Positions 54,691-63,880 of a stretch of 64,000 nucleotides of DNA are shown piece by piece. The stretch lies in sequence record PP813861.1. One strand, given 5' to 3'. The notes beneath the pieces were generated by a model. That model had not been told where the DNA came from, did no database searches, and was given only the letters and a program-made list of their open reading frames with translations. The position numbers and the translations under genes are program-made. Position 1 is the stretch's first letter; each line of letters begins with the position of its first letter.

Positions 54691-55344
54691 TTAACTTTTA
54701 TCCAGATGTCTATTACGAGTGCGTTCCACTGCTGTAGGTTCGACAGTGGCTCGCGGTAGATAAGTAATCTCCGGGAAAGTCTTATTAAGAGCATCTTCAA
54801 TTAGCTCTTTAGCAATCTCTGCATCGATGTAATGGTTTAGAATAATACCACGATGATACAGGAAGAAGCTGTATTCATCATAACCATGGCGAAGACTTAC
54901 TTTACCACGATACCCACCATAGGTTAGAGTATCTTCGTTAATTTCATTCCGATAAATATCAAGTTGGATATTATTTTGAAGATGCATTTGAATGAAGTCA
55001 TTACCATCGCCACCAAATAGGGTTGGTCGTTTCCGCCCGGTAACAACATCTTGGATGGAATCCATTAGTCGGTTAATGTCTGTTTCTAATCGTTGGATAT
55101 CACATTGAGAATTCATTGCTTCATGAAAACGAGTTACAACTGCATTAAATTCTTCTTCAGTCCAACCGCTGGTACGTTTTTCATAATCAACAATGATAAT
55201 ACCGAACCAGGCATAACCGTTAGAATGTTTTACTTTAACACATAGATGAGGTACATTATCAGCACCTGACTGATGGTTAACAGTGTAATTATTATTACGG
55301 CTGATTACTAGTTTGATAAAAGGTAGACTAATGATTGACGCCAT
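54691..55344 (-). CDS. Hypothetical protein
   Basis: 217 aa, AAGGAA RBS. Confidence 0.8.
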   Translation of the reverse strand: MASIISLPFIKLVISRNNNYTVNHQSGADNVPHLCVKVKHSNGYAWFGIIIVDYEKRTSGWTEEEFNAVVTRFHEAMNSQCDIQRLETDINRLMDSIQDVVTGRKRPTLFGGDGNDFIQMHLQNNIQLDIYRNEINEDTLTYGGYRGKVSLRHGYDEYSFFLYHRGIILNHYIDAEIAKELIEDALNKTFPEITYLPRATVEPTAVERTRNRHLDKS

Positions 55345-55379
55345 GGAAATATTCCTTTTGTATTTTTTAAATTAAAGTA

Positions 55380-55420
55380 GGAGTTATTATTGAGTTTCAA
55401 CTCAATACATCAATAACTCC
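55380..55420. other. Long bulged intergenic hairpin
   Basis: GGAGTTATT-ATTGAG-TTTCAA-CTCAAT-ACATC-AATAACTCC. Confidence 0.55.
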
Positions 55421-55435
55421 AGTATGTTTTCAAAA

Positions 55436-55834
55436 TTAAATACATGTATTTACAGTTACATTGTAACCAGTTAGTTTTGCCAACAATACAAATGAGCGAA
55501 CCTGTTCGATTTTTTCAGAAGCAATGAAGATATGTGTAATACGATCCTCATCAACATACTGATATCGAAATGAGGTATAACTAAATGACACATCCGTATC
55601 GTTTAAATAGGTGATATTAAAATCATCTACTTCCCTATCAAGCTTACTAAGCTCTGTAAGTAATACCTGATAGGGCGTAATGGTGATACGGTGGTTTTCA
55701 CAACGTTGAATAAGCTGATGTAGTTTAGAAGGCAGTTTATCAACTACCTTTTTATAACTTTCATCACATTCTAGAAAGTTATGTACCAAACCATTAGCAG
55801 CCGCAACGGTATTTAGAATGTTGAGTAGACTCAT
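55436..55834 (-). CDS. Hypothetical protein
   Basis: 132 aa, AAGGAA RBS. Confidence 0.8.
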   Translation of the reverse strand: MSLLNILNTVAAANGLVHNFLECDESYKKVVDKLPSKLHQLIQRCENHRITITPYQVLLTELSKLDREVDDFNITYLNDTDVSFSYTSFRYQYVDEDRITHIFIASEKIEQVRSFVLLAKLTGYNVTVNTCI

Positions 55835-55857
55835 TTTACAGATTCCTTTTTAGTATA

Positions 55858-57384
55858 TTAATATTTCAATAGACTATTGATAAAAGCATTAGGGTCATAA
55901 CGGTTATTTGAAAAAGCCGCCATTACATCACACCCTGGTTGATCTTTAAATCTGATATCTTCAGGAATATCGAAGTCAGGGAACATTAGTTTAATATACT
56001 CCCTAACCTCTTGATCTCGTAGATATGGAATCTCCACCATGTAATCAACGCGACCTTTCCTTAGAAGTGCTTTATCAATATTCTCAGGATGGTTTGTAGT
56101 TAGAATGGTCATAGTTTCATCTAGTGGAACAATGCCATCTAGACCATTTAATAGAGCTGACAAAGTTAATCCGCTAGCTGGTTGCTCATACGTGATTCCA
56201 TTCTTCATATACTTCTTTAATTTCCACCATCGGCGAATTGTGGTAAATAATGGATCTTTTTCATCGGCCCATTTTGAAACACCCAGTTCAGCCATAGCAT
56301 AAGCACTTATCCCAAAACCTTGATCATCGCTATTTTCATCAAAGATATAGATGGTGTCATTAAACCCAACTACAGAGTATCCTTCATAGTCATCTTTAAG
56401 ATCAACCCATGCAGACGGATATTTTTCAATTAAATCAATAAAAGAATATTTCCTCTCTAATTCCTTTATCTCTTTATCTAGTTTTACAGGATCATTTAAA
56501 ACACGATCTTTAACTGCCGGGGTATCATCGAAATCTTCAATTAGAAGAATATTACCTTTAGGTAGTGTAGTAAATGCCCGCCTAAGACTATCATTGGTCA
56601 TAGAGGCTAATGACAGTGCACTAACATTTTTATTAAAATGTGAGGCAATCGCTTTACTGATTGAGGTTTTACCAGTACCAGGAGGACCTGTTAGAACACA
56701 AGTGAATTTATAGGGTAGTCCACGATCATCGTACCATTTCCGATCAGAATAGAATTCTTCAATCTTATTAAGGAATTCTTCTTTGATCTCTTTACGCAAA
56801 ATCACCGTGTTGATATCGCGTTTAGTAACTTCGATTTCATTACCCCAGCGATTACCATCCCAATGTGAGATAGTAAGACCCATTTCATTTGGACGCCAGT
56901 GGTACGCATCAACTAAATCAATAATAAGTTTACTACTTCTAGATAATCCACGGATAGTAATGTCCATCTGGTCTCGACTGGCATTTTGGCTATCCCGGCG
57001 TGCTTTTACAAACCAGAATAACCTACCTTTAAACAGAAAGAAATGTAAGCCAAAACCAACACCAATTTTCTGTTTAGTTGCACTATAACTTTGCTCATCA
57101 ACGTTGGTTGAAAAACGGCGATTAAATCCAGCTAATGGTTGTTTAATATACCACTCCATAAATGAGTCAAAGTTTTTCTCATTTAAACCATTACCAGTAT
57201 TAGTGATATGTAAACTAACTGTAAATTGATTTAATGTGAATCTAACTATCTTACTTGGTAGACCTCGGATAGTGGTCCATAATACACCACCAATCGCCAT
57301 ACCAATCGCACCACCCATCACCATATTCTTTTGAGAGATGTCGATGAACATGGCGTAATATTGCAATAAGGTCTCTATAATCAT
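55858..57384 (-). CDS. BCS1-like membrane-anchored AAA+ ATPase
   Basis: N-terminal TM (GGAIGMAIGGVLW), BCS1_N-like domain, KWYDDRGLPY, Walker A GPPGTGKT, Walker B LLIEDFD, LSALLNGLDG, TTNHPENIDKALLRKGRVD. Confidence 0.88.
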   Translation of the reverse strand: MIIETLLQYYAMFIDISQKNMVMGGAIGMAIGGVLWTTIRGLPSKIVRFTLNQFTVSLHITNTGNGLNEKNFDSFMEWYIKQPLAGFNRRFSTNVDEQSYSATKQKIGVGFGLHFFLFKGRLFWFVKARRDSQNASRDQMDITIRGLSRSSKLIIDLVDAYHWRPNEMGLTISHWDGNRWGNEIEVTKRDINTVILRKEIKEEFLNKIEEFYSDRKWYDDRGLPYKFTCVLTGPPGTGKTSISKAIASHFNKNVSALSLASMTNDSLRRAFTTLPKGNILLIEDFDDTPAVKDRVLNDPVKLDKEIKELERKYSFIDLIEKYPSAWVDLKDDYEGYSVVGFNDTIYIFDENSDDQGFGISAYAMAELGVSKWADEKDPLFTTIRRWWKLKKYMKNGITYEQPASGLTLSALLNGLDGIVPLDETMTILTTNHPENIDKALLRKGRVDYMVEIPYLRDQEVREYIKLMFPDFDIPEDIRFKDQPGCDVMAAFSNNRYDPNAFINSLLKY

Positions 57385-58166
57385 ACTAGCATCCCTCTGG
57401 ATAGCTTAGGAAAATATTGTCCACAGATCATGTATTCACGTTCTAGAAAATCTAGAGTATGACTTTCAAATATTTCACCTACATCTTTACCATAGATTTC
57501 CGTATACCCATTTTTGAATACGGCCATTACATAAACATCAGACATAGTCATGCCGTAGTTATAAATTTGATTGTCTCTGTATTTTGGATGAAATAGGTCA
57601 TATAAAAAACGAGTCATTGAACTATTGGCAACAGTTGTCACCCCTTTCTGCTTTAAGGCATAACGTACTTGTTTAACCACATAGTTGACTTTAGAGCGCT
57701 CGCCAAATACCGTCAGTTTATCTACATTGCAATTACGATATCCCATAACTTCAGGATTAGCTATCACGGTGTGTTTTGGAACACGTACATCAAAGATAAT
57801 GCCATTAGGGGATAGAATAATCTTTTCATGGTTAAATAGAACATGAAATAAATGTCGTTCTGGTTTAGTGATTTTGATACTTAACCCAATCACCCCACTA
57901 ATCTTTCTTTCTAGATCCTCTAGTGACTGCATCACCATGTGATATTGATTGAAGAAAGCATTGTTCTTATATTGATCTAACTCAAAGTATTTCCAACTTC
58001 CACGAAAATGAATAGCATGGCTTTTGGTATAACCTTTAGTTAATTTACTTTTGAGTTTTTCAAACCAATTTTCAAGATAACCTTCGACTGTAAAACCAAG
58101 TGGGTTATTATTAATCAGTTTATTGGAATATGATAAGCTAAATCTGTACATAGTTCGACGATGCAT
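57381..58166 (-). CDS. Hypothetical protein
   Basis: 261 aa, ATGA coupling to the AAA gene. Confidence 0.8.
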   Translation of the reverse strand: MHRRTMYRFSLSYSNKLINNNPLGFTVEGYLENWFEKLKSKLTKGYTKSHAIHFRGSWKYFELDQYKNNAFFNQYHMVMQSLEDLERKISGVIGLSIKITKPERHLFHVLFNHEKIILSPNGIIFDVRVPKHTVIANPEVMGYRNCNVDKLTVFGERSKVNYVVKQVRYALKQKGVTTVANSSMTRFLYDLFHPKYRDNQIYNYGMTMSDVYVMAVFKNGYTEIYGKDVGEIFESHTLDFLEREYMICGQYFPKLSRGMLV

Positions 58167-58196
58167 TTTATATTCCTGCCAAATAAAGAAAAAAAT

Positions 58197-58218
58197 AAAG
58201 GGCTCCGAAGAGCCCTTT
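58197..58218 (-). terminator. Intrinsic terminator
   Basis: AAAGGGCTC-CGAA-GAGCCCTTT. Confidence 0.8.
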
Positions 58219-58223
58219 ATATA

Positions 58224-59096
58224 TTAGATTTTTACAGACCAGTGTTGCTCGAATTCCTGATATAGGAAATTGTCGGATGCATTATCCCAATTTTCTCGAT
58301 CGGTTACACCATAATAATGGAATTCTAGTTCAGTAGGTCCACCAACAAAACCATTCTTAGCATAGCTATAAACTTTGCCATTGGTTAGCTTAATAAGTAC
58401 ATCCACATAGAAACTATTACGGTTCCATATTTCATTGTGGATGTACTTAAATACCACACTGTGGCTGTACTTAAATTGCGCACTTGGTTTTCCGAGTACA
58501 CTATAATAGAATTTACGGATACCTATTTCGGTCTTGAAATTAAACTCACCGTTGCGAATGTTGTTAGAAACAATACGTGTTAGTTTATTAACCCGATTTT
58601 CTTCACCGAGTAGATAGATCCCGGAAACACTACATCCATCTCCTATTGATCCATTATTAACTAGTGGATCAACACCATATTCATCAGTGAAAATGGTTTT
58701 GATAACCTCTTTACCTTCTCGACGCACTAACATATTCAGGTGACCATCTTCGATATATGACATATGGCTAGGCTGAATATATTCACTTGTATCGACGATA
58801 ACATCATTCGCCATTACATTAAACTGTAGATGGTTTACCAGATCACTAATACCTTTAAAACGAATGGCTTGGTTCGCTGTATTTAGATCGACATACACCA
58901 CGACATCAATAATGCCTTGTTTTAGTGATTTGTCATCTTTGTCAGTAGTTGTATCAATTTTTACGTAATTTTGATATAGTTCACTAAAACAAGATATGAT
59001 GTCATCATGTAGTTTAATTACATCAGATCCATTTCGTTCAAGCGCTTTAAGCGATACGTTAAAACCAATACGAATTTTATTAGAACGACGTGCCAT
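58224..59096 (-). CDS. Hypothetical protein
   Basis: 290-aa ORF. Confidence 0.8.
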   Translation of the reverse strand: MARRSNKIRIGFNVSLKALERNGSDVIKLHDDIISCFSELYQNYVKIDTTTDKDDKSLKQGIIDVVVYVDLNTANQAIRFKGISDLVNHLQFNVMANDVIVDTSEYIQPSHMSYIEDGHLNMLVRREGKEVIKTIFTDEYGVDPLVNNGSIGDGCSVSGIYLLGEENRVNKLTRIVSNNIRNGEFNFKTEIGIRKFYYSVLGKPSAQFKYSHSVVFKYIHNEIWNRNSFYVDVLIKLTNGKVYSYAKNGFVGGPTELEFHYYGVTDRENWDNASDNFLYQEFEQHWSVKI

Positions 59097-59137
59097 GGTT
59101 ATATCACCTATGTTAAATTAATGAATTATTTATTCAA

Positions 59138-59500
59138 TTACCGTACTACATCTGTGATTAGAATAAGTTCACCATCACTATTGATAACACTATAGCTTTT
59201 TACAATTTCGATGCGCTTACTAATAATCTTATTCTCTAGATCTACTTTTACGATATTAACACGAATTACCTTATTCGATTGATCATGCATTTCTTTAAAA
59301 ATGCATTCGATATTTTTACCAATGACAGCTTTTAATTTTTCAATGCTGTCAATGGATGAATATTTAAAACTATATGCTTCTGCCAAGGTTTTTGCATTAT
59401 TCACAACCGTAGTTAGGGTACCCCAATAATCATAAACATACAACGCAGTATCACTATTGGGATTATCGATAATTTCAATTATAAAATCCACTTGTATCAC
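59138..59500 (-). CDS. Hypothetical early protein
   Basis: 120 aa, AGGA RBS + GTG, after TATATTAC. Confidence 0.75.
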   Translation of the reverse strand: MIQVDFIIEIIDNPNSDTALYVYDYWGTLTTVVNNAKTLAEAYSFKYSSIDSIEKLKAVIGKNIECIFKEMHDQSNKVIRVNIVKVDLENKIISKRIEIVKSYSVINSDGELILITDVVR

Positions 59501-59527
59501 TCCTATTAGTTTATTGATAGTACACTT

Positions 59528-59535
59528 GTAATATA
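59528..59535 (-). promoter_or_regulatory. Early promoter TATATTAC
   Basis: Exact consensus; flank AAGATCTATATTAC as at 4332. Confidence 0.75.
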
Positions 59536-59555
59536 GATCTTAAATAAATTATGAT

Positions 59556-60020
59556 CTAACCATTTAAAATAGATAAAGCCTCTATATGCCAATGGTGTAT
59601 TAGTTCTTCTTTACTAATAATATTATTGAAGTAGTTTAACCGATGTGATACCATTAATTTAGAATGCATATCGACTTCACTACTTACCTTAATCACCCCA
59701 GTCTCTAATAATTGCAGAGAGCCAACATACGCAAATAAAGTTGGTTTTAAATACCAGTGTTCCCTATATTGTTTTTGATCAGGTACATTTCCTATAATGT
59801 AGTCAGTAGAATTACTTCGGTATGCGTAAATAGTTGATTTAGAACCAAGTAAATTAAGATCGATATCATAACTCCCGCTTTTAGCTGCAATACATTCAAT
59901 AACTGATGGAGCCACACATATACGGTTGGTTACACTGTCTTCGCCATCAGCTCTATTACTTGGAATATATGGCCTTAATAAAACATAATCCCCAAGGTAT
60001 ATTGTCGATATGTGATACAT
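59556..60020 (-). CDS. Putative ADP-ribosyltransferase-fold protein A
   Basis: YHIS (strand 1), RICVAPS (strand 2), VPD...REHW (catalytic E-like). Confidence 0.45.
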   Translation of the reverse strand: MYHISTIYLGDYVLLRPYIPSNRADGEDSVTNRICVAPSVIECIAAKSGSYDIDLNLLGSKSTIYAYRSNSTDYIIGNVPDQKQYREHWYLKPTLFAYVGSLQLLETGVIKVSSEVDMHSKLMVSHRLNYFNNIISKEELIHHWHIEALSILNG

Positions 60021-60035
60021 AATTAACCTATTTAA

Positions 60036-60551
60036 TTAAAACAGATAACGCTCTGTTACTGAACGGTATTGTGACATGATGTTTAATGGATCAACATCCA
60101 CTGGTGCTTTAGTGACAGTTAAGCGAGCACCTTTTAAAAATTCACCAATATCTAGTTTCTTTACAGTAACATCATGGATAGTGTTTTTCGTAATCCATTC
60201 AGTGTCAATGCTATTGTGAGGATTATTATTCTTAATCCATTTGTCAGAGTCCCTAAATGGAATGGTATAAACATACACAACCATTTTTAAAATATCATTT
60301 TTATCGATATTATTTTGACAATAGATTGTAATATCCCTATCAACAGTAGCATATCTATCACTATCAAATAACTTTTCGATAGCGCTACCAATACCTAAAT
60401 AAGATGCATCTTTTTCAGATGACGTTGCATATAGGTATTGGTTAGACTCAATACCATCCCACATAACAAGTTCACCAGATCTTTTAAATCCTGGCATTAA
60501 TTCATCTTGTTTATAAAGAGAACCATGATAAAGTAATTCTGGTTTATTCAT
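60036..60551 (-). CDS. Putative ADP-ribosyltransferase-fold protein B (Arr-like)
   Basis: LYHGS...LMPGF, YLYAT, VYVYT, DTEWI. Confidence 0.45.
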   Translation of the reverse strand: MNKPELLYHGSLYKQDELMPGFKRSGELVMWDGIESNQYLYATSSEKDASYLGIGSAIEKLFDSDRYATVDRDITIYCQNNIDKNDILKMVVYVYTIPFRDSDKWIKNNNPHNSIDTEWITKNTIHDVTVKKLDIGEFLKGARLTVTKAPVDVDPLNIMSQYRSVTERYLF

Positions 60552-60651
60552 AATAAATTCCTTTTAGTGAATCTATATTGCGGACACTATAAATAATATC
60601 CACAATATAAAATCCACTGTGCTTTATAAGGGTTATGGTTATCAATTAACT

Positions 60652-61008
60652 TCAAGGTAGTAGTGTGGCAGTATTGAAGTGATTGGTTACTGCTTCGATC
60701 AGCATTTGCTCGATGTTGATTTTGTAGTATTCTGGTTCTTCGTTCAATTCCCAAATAATAGTCGCACGTAATAGTGCAGGTGCTATGAATCTAACTACCT
60801 TACCATGTGTGTCAAACTCTACATTGAACATTGCATATTGTTCAGTAGTATGATTTTTATAGAAAATGAAATTACCAGCGTAACTGCGAACCTCTATTTC
60901 ACCGTGAATACTAGAGTAGGCTTCCTGGTGGAATTCTATACCTTTAAGGTTTGTATTCTCTTCAATGATATTTACCAATTCTTTCAATTTGTCTTTATCT
61001 AGTTGCAT
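60652..61008 (-). CDS. Hypothetical protein
   Basis: 118 aa, AGGA RBS. Confidence 0.8.
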   Translation of the reverse strand: MQLDKDKLKELVNIIEENTNLKGIEFHQEAYSSIHGEIEVRSYAGNFIFYKNHTTEQYAMFNVEFDTHGKVVRFIAPALLRATIIWELNEEPEYYKINIEQMLIEAVTNHFNTATLLP

Positions 61009-61048
61009 TTGTAGGTTCCTATTAATAAATGTATACGATGGATATCTT

Positions 61049-61414
61049 TTACGATTTCCGGTGCTTATCCATATCTAGTTTTACATCAGCATATATCTTG
61101 AATCTATCAGATAGACTATCCATATCTACACGCAATGCCCGAATATGCATATGAGTATCTTTTGGTTTACCTTCAGACTCCCATACGGCCTTTACGATAT
61201 CAAATACCACATTGTTCAAATAGTATTCGACTTCATGTTCATCAAGCAAAAGAGTGTCATGGAAACCAATACGTGATAAAATGGCGTAATCACGCTGATT
61301 AACATCTCTCCAACCTTTACGTACTAAGTAACTTTTACAGATTCCATCTTTTTTACAACTTTTACTAATAATTTCTATAATGAACTTATCATGCCATTTA
61401 TAATCCATAATCAT
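61049..61414 (-). CDS. Hypothetical protein
   Basis: 121 aa, AAGGAG RBS. Confidence 0.8.
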   Translation of the reverse strand: MIMDYKWHDKFIIEIISKSCKKDGICKSYLVRKGWRDVNQRDYAILSRIGFHDTLLLDEHEVEYYLNNVVFDIVKAVWESEGKPKDTHMHIRALRVDMDSLSDRFKIYADVKLDMDKHRKS

Positions 61415-61421
61415 TACTCCT

Positions 61422-61934
61422 TCATTTAATCAGCTTCATTACTAGAGGAACAGATAGACTTATGCCATTGGCCATTTTAGCTAGGATATGATAGATATCG
61501 TTTGCTTCTTGAACATTGGTACAAGGTATAGAAATGGCATCACCATAGTAAGGACTGTAGTTAATACGGTCGCCATACACACCACTCACAAAACTATAAT
61601 CTAATCCATCCGTAGTAGTCATAATAACTACAACATGATCATCCCCAACTATACCGGATTCTAAATCCTCACATAGTTCCAGTTTTTGTTGCACACCTCG
61701 TTGACAGATCCATACCTCACGGTATTGACGATGGGGATATGGAGCACATGCTACATCATTTTCACTAACGAAGTACATAGTCCCCCAGTTGTAAGATTGG
61801 AATTGGGTTGTTTGTTTATGGGCTTCCCATACCTCCTCCATACAAAAGGTATGTTTATTAACCCATAGACCATCGTTATTAAGACTATCAACGATCCCAT
61901 CACGGACACGTACTACACGGAGTGTTTTAGTCAT
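61422..61934 (-). CDS. Hypothetical protein
   Basis: 170 aa, overlaps upstream stop. Confidence 0.8.
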   Translation of the reverse strand: MTKTLRVVRVRDGIVDSLNNDGLWVNKHTFCMEEVWEAHKQTTQFQSYNWGTMYFVSENDVACAPYPHRQYREVWICQRGVQQKLELCEDLESGIVGDDHVVVIMTTTDGLDYSFVSGVYGDRINYSPYYGDAISIPCTNVQEANDIYHILAKMANGISLSVPLVMKLIK

Positions 61935-62367
61935 CTACGTAACCCTCATCAGATACATAAGTGCGTTCAGGGCTGAACACATATTTGATGTTATTAATTA
62001 CAGCTGTGATATAAACCTGATATTCTTTTGAAATAGATTCCATCAGTTCAATAGATACGGAATTTGAACTCTGAATAAGTTTATTTACTTTCTTTAGTTC
62101 ATCAAATTCTAACCGACCGTAGATTACACCAACATCTCTGAAACTGATAACTGGATAGTGTTTCCAAATATAACAATTCAGTTTACCAAGATGAATTACT
62201 TGAATTGTTTCATCGCACCATTGTTTCTTTTTCTTATTGTAGTATTCAACACGACGTTCGATGAAGACGCGAGTACCAGAAACAGAGGTGTACGCATTCA
62301 GTTCATAACCATACTTATGGTCAACGTTATTTGGATCTTGGCGCCATTTTGGAATGAATGCTTTCAT
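61927..62367 (-). CDS. Hypothetical protein
   Basis: 146 aa, AAGGAA RBS. Confidence 0.8.
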   Translation of the reverse strand: MKAFIPKWRQDPNNVDHKYGYELNAYTSVSGTRVFIERRVEYYNKKKKQWCDETIQVIHLGKLNCYIWKHYPVISFRDVGVIYGRLEFDELKKVNKLIQSSNSVSIELMESISKEYQVYITAVINNIKYVFSPERTYVSDEGYVDD

Positions 62368-62394
62368 TTGTATTTTCCTTTTTACGAAATAGAA

Positions 62395-62412
62395 GCCCTC
62401 CCGAAGGAGGGC
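62395..62412 (-). terminator. Intrinsic terminator
   Basis: GCCCTCC-CGAA-GGAGGGC. Confidence 0.75.
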
Positions 62413-62425
62413 AATTATACCATTA

Positions 62426-62725
62426 TTAAATTACGAGTCTATATACTTCTTTTAATTTTTCACCAGGGGTAGCTAGATAATCTACATTATATTTAATAGC
62501 AATTACACCCACAAGTTCTTTTCTCAGTAGCTGTTCTACCTGATCGCATAATTTATCAATAGCTCCATCTTCTACATCCTCGTATAATGGATATTGACTA
62601 TAAATATTATCAGGTGTAAGTACAGACAGTTTCAATTCCCCATCTTTACCAATGACTGGGTGATATGTCTGTTTAAGACCTTTACAATGATAGTGATAGG
62701 TAATGCGCTGTTGTTTAGTGGTCAT
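62426..62725 (-). CDS. Small hypothetical protein
   Basis: 99-aa ORF in operon. Confidence 0.75.
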   Translation of the reverse strand: MTTKQQRITYHYHCKGLKQTYHPVIGKDGELKLSVLTPDNIYSQYPLYEDVEDGAIDKLCDQVEQLLRKELVGVIAIKYNVDYLATPGEKLKEVYRLVI

Positions 62726-62736
62726 GTAAAGATACC

Positions 62737-63258
62737 TTAAATAAACCGTTGGGTAGTTCCGTCTTTAAAGACAGTTAGTTGATTAACATCTTTCAATGAA
62801 TTATCTGCAATATTCTTAGCCAATAACAATAGATCATCGTGATATGTTTTAATGAGAACTTTAAGCCTCTCCCTTTGTTTATATCGGAAACCTTTATTAA
62901 TCACAGTAACTCCATCTGGATTATTTTTATAATTCAGTACAGTGATTGGTGTATTCGGTACAAAGACGGCTAGTTCGTCATCGAATACAATGTAAACCAT
63001 CACTTTATAATTATTAACCGATTCTTGGAATTGTTGTGTGATTACATTATAGTCTTTTGTGCGATGGCTAAGAAACAGCTCACTATTAGCTCGGCAGAAA
63101 CTATGTCGCGCTTTTTTATCAGCACTCATAACAGCGATACCACGGATAATGAATTTATTATCTAAGGTATATTTTCTTTGAGACATCGCATAGTCGACTA
63201 CATCAACATCGCCGCCAAATAGCACGGCATTTTCACCGTATCCACAAATAAGAGCCAT
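62737..63258 (-). CDS. Hypothetical protein, possibly a degenerate Ntn-hydrolase fold
   Basis: N-terminus MALICGYGENAVLFGGD resembles T-x-I-x-G...V-x-x-x-D pattern but lacks the Thr. Confidence 0.6.
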   Translation of the reverse strand: MALICGYGENAVLFGGDVDVVDYAMSQRKYTLDNKFIIRGIAVMSADKKARHSFCRANSELFLSHRTKDYNVITQQFQESVNNYKVMVYIVFDDELAVFVPNTPITVLNYKNNPDGVTVINKGFRYKQRERLKVLIKTYHDDLLLLAKNIADNSLKDVNQLTVFKDGTTQRFI

Positions 63259-63272
63259 TTATAATTACCTGT

Positions 63273-63632
63273 TTAAAAATTATATTCAATAAATTGAAGA
63301 GTGAATAGTTCACTACATTCCCATGTACGACTTGCTAATTTATATTTACCTTTAACAGGTAAGTCAAAATAACGTAATGCTTTTTCTACTGAACCAGCCT
63401 CATGATTAACCAATAGAACATTCCTAGCCTTCAGAATATTTGAACAATTTACAAGTTCATAATCATCTCGCTTAGGTGTCAACATAGCTACATTAGTGCC
63501 TGGTTTTCTAGCATACCAGAGCACCTCATGACCCTCTGGATTAATAATAGAGATATATAGCTGACGTTCAGCGGGTAACCACAAGTTACGTGGATCATAC
63601 TCTCCATTAACATCAAAGAATTTAAATATCAT
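63273..63632 (-). CDS. Hypothetical protein
   Basis: 119 aa, ATGA overlap. Confidence 0.8.
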   Translation of the reverse strand: MIFKFFDVNGEYDPRNLWLPAERQLYISIINPEGHEVLWYARKPGTNVAMLTPKRDDYELVNCSNILKARNVLLVNHEAGSVEKALRYFDLPVKGKYKLASRTWECSELFTLQFIEYNF

Positions 63633-63868
63633 AGAGTTGGAACCGGTTTTGATGGATCAGCAATTAGTGCAGATTCTTCTACATAAACCATTGCGAAGTT
63701 TTCACCTTCTTTACGAATACCAGTAGAAGGTGTTTTCGATGGATCATAAACGATAATTTGGCACTGCTGTCCAGCTGTTAAATAAGTTGGGCCAGTTAAT
63801 GCATTGGGTTTTGGATGAGGGATATCAATTTTAGTAATACAATATTGACCAGTACGAAACTCACGCAT
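63629..63868 (-). CDS. Small hypothetical protein (SH3-like beta pattern)
   Basis: 79 aa, GAGG RBS. Confidence 0.75.
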   Translation of the reverse strand: MREFRTGQYCITKIDIPHPKPNALTGPTYLTAGQQCQIIVYDPSKTPSTGIRKEGENFAMVYVEESALIADPSKPVPTL

Positions 63869-63880
63869 TATATTAACCTC

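Noticed and set aside
54690-54800. Extended N-terminus of ORF 54276-54800
   Set aside because: Overlaps the end of 54691-55344; ATG 54689 adjacent to that stop is more plausible
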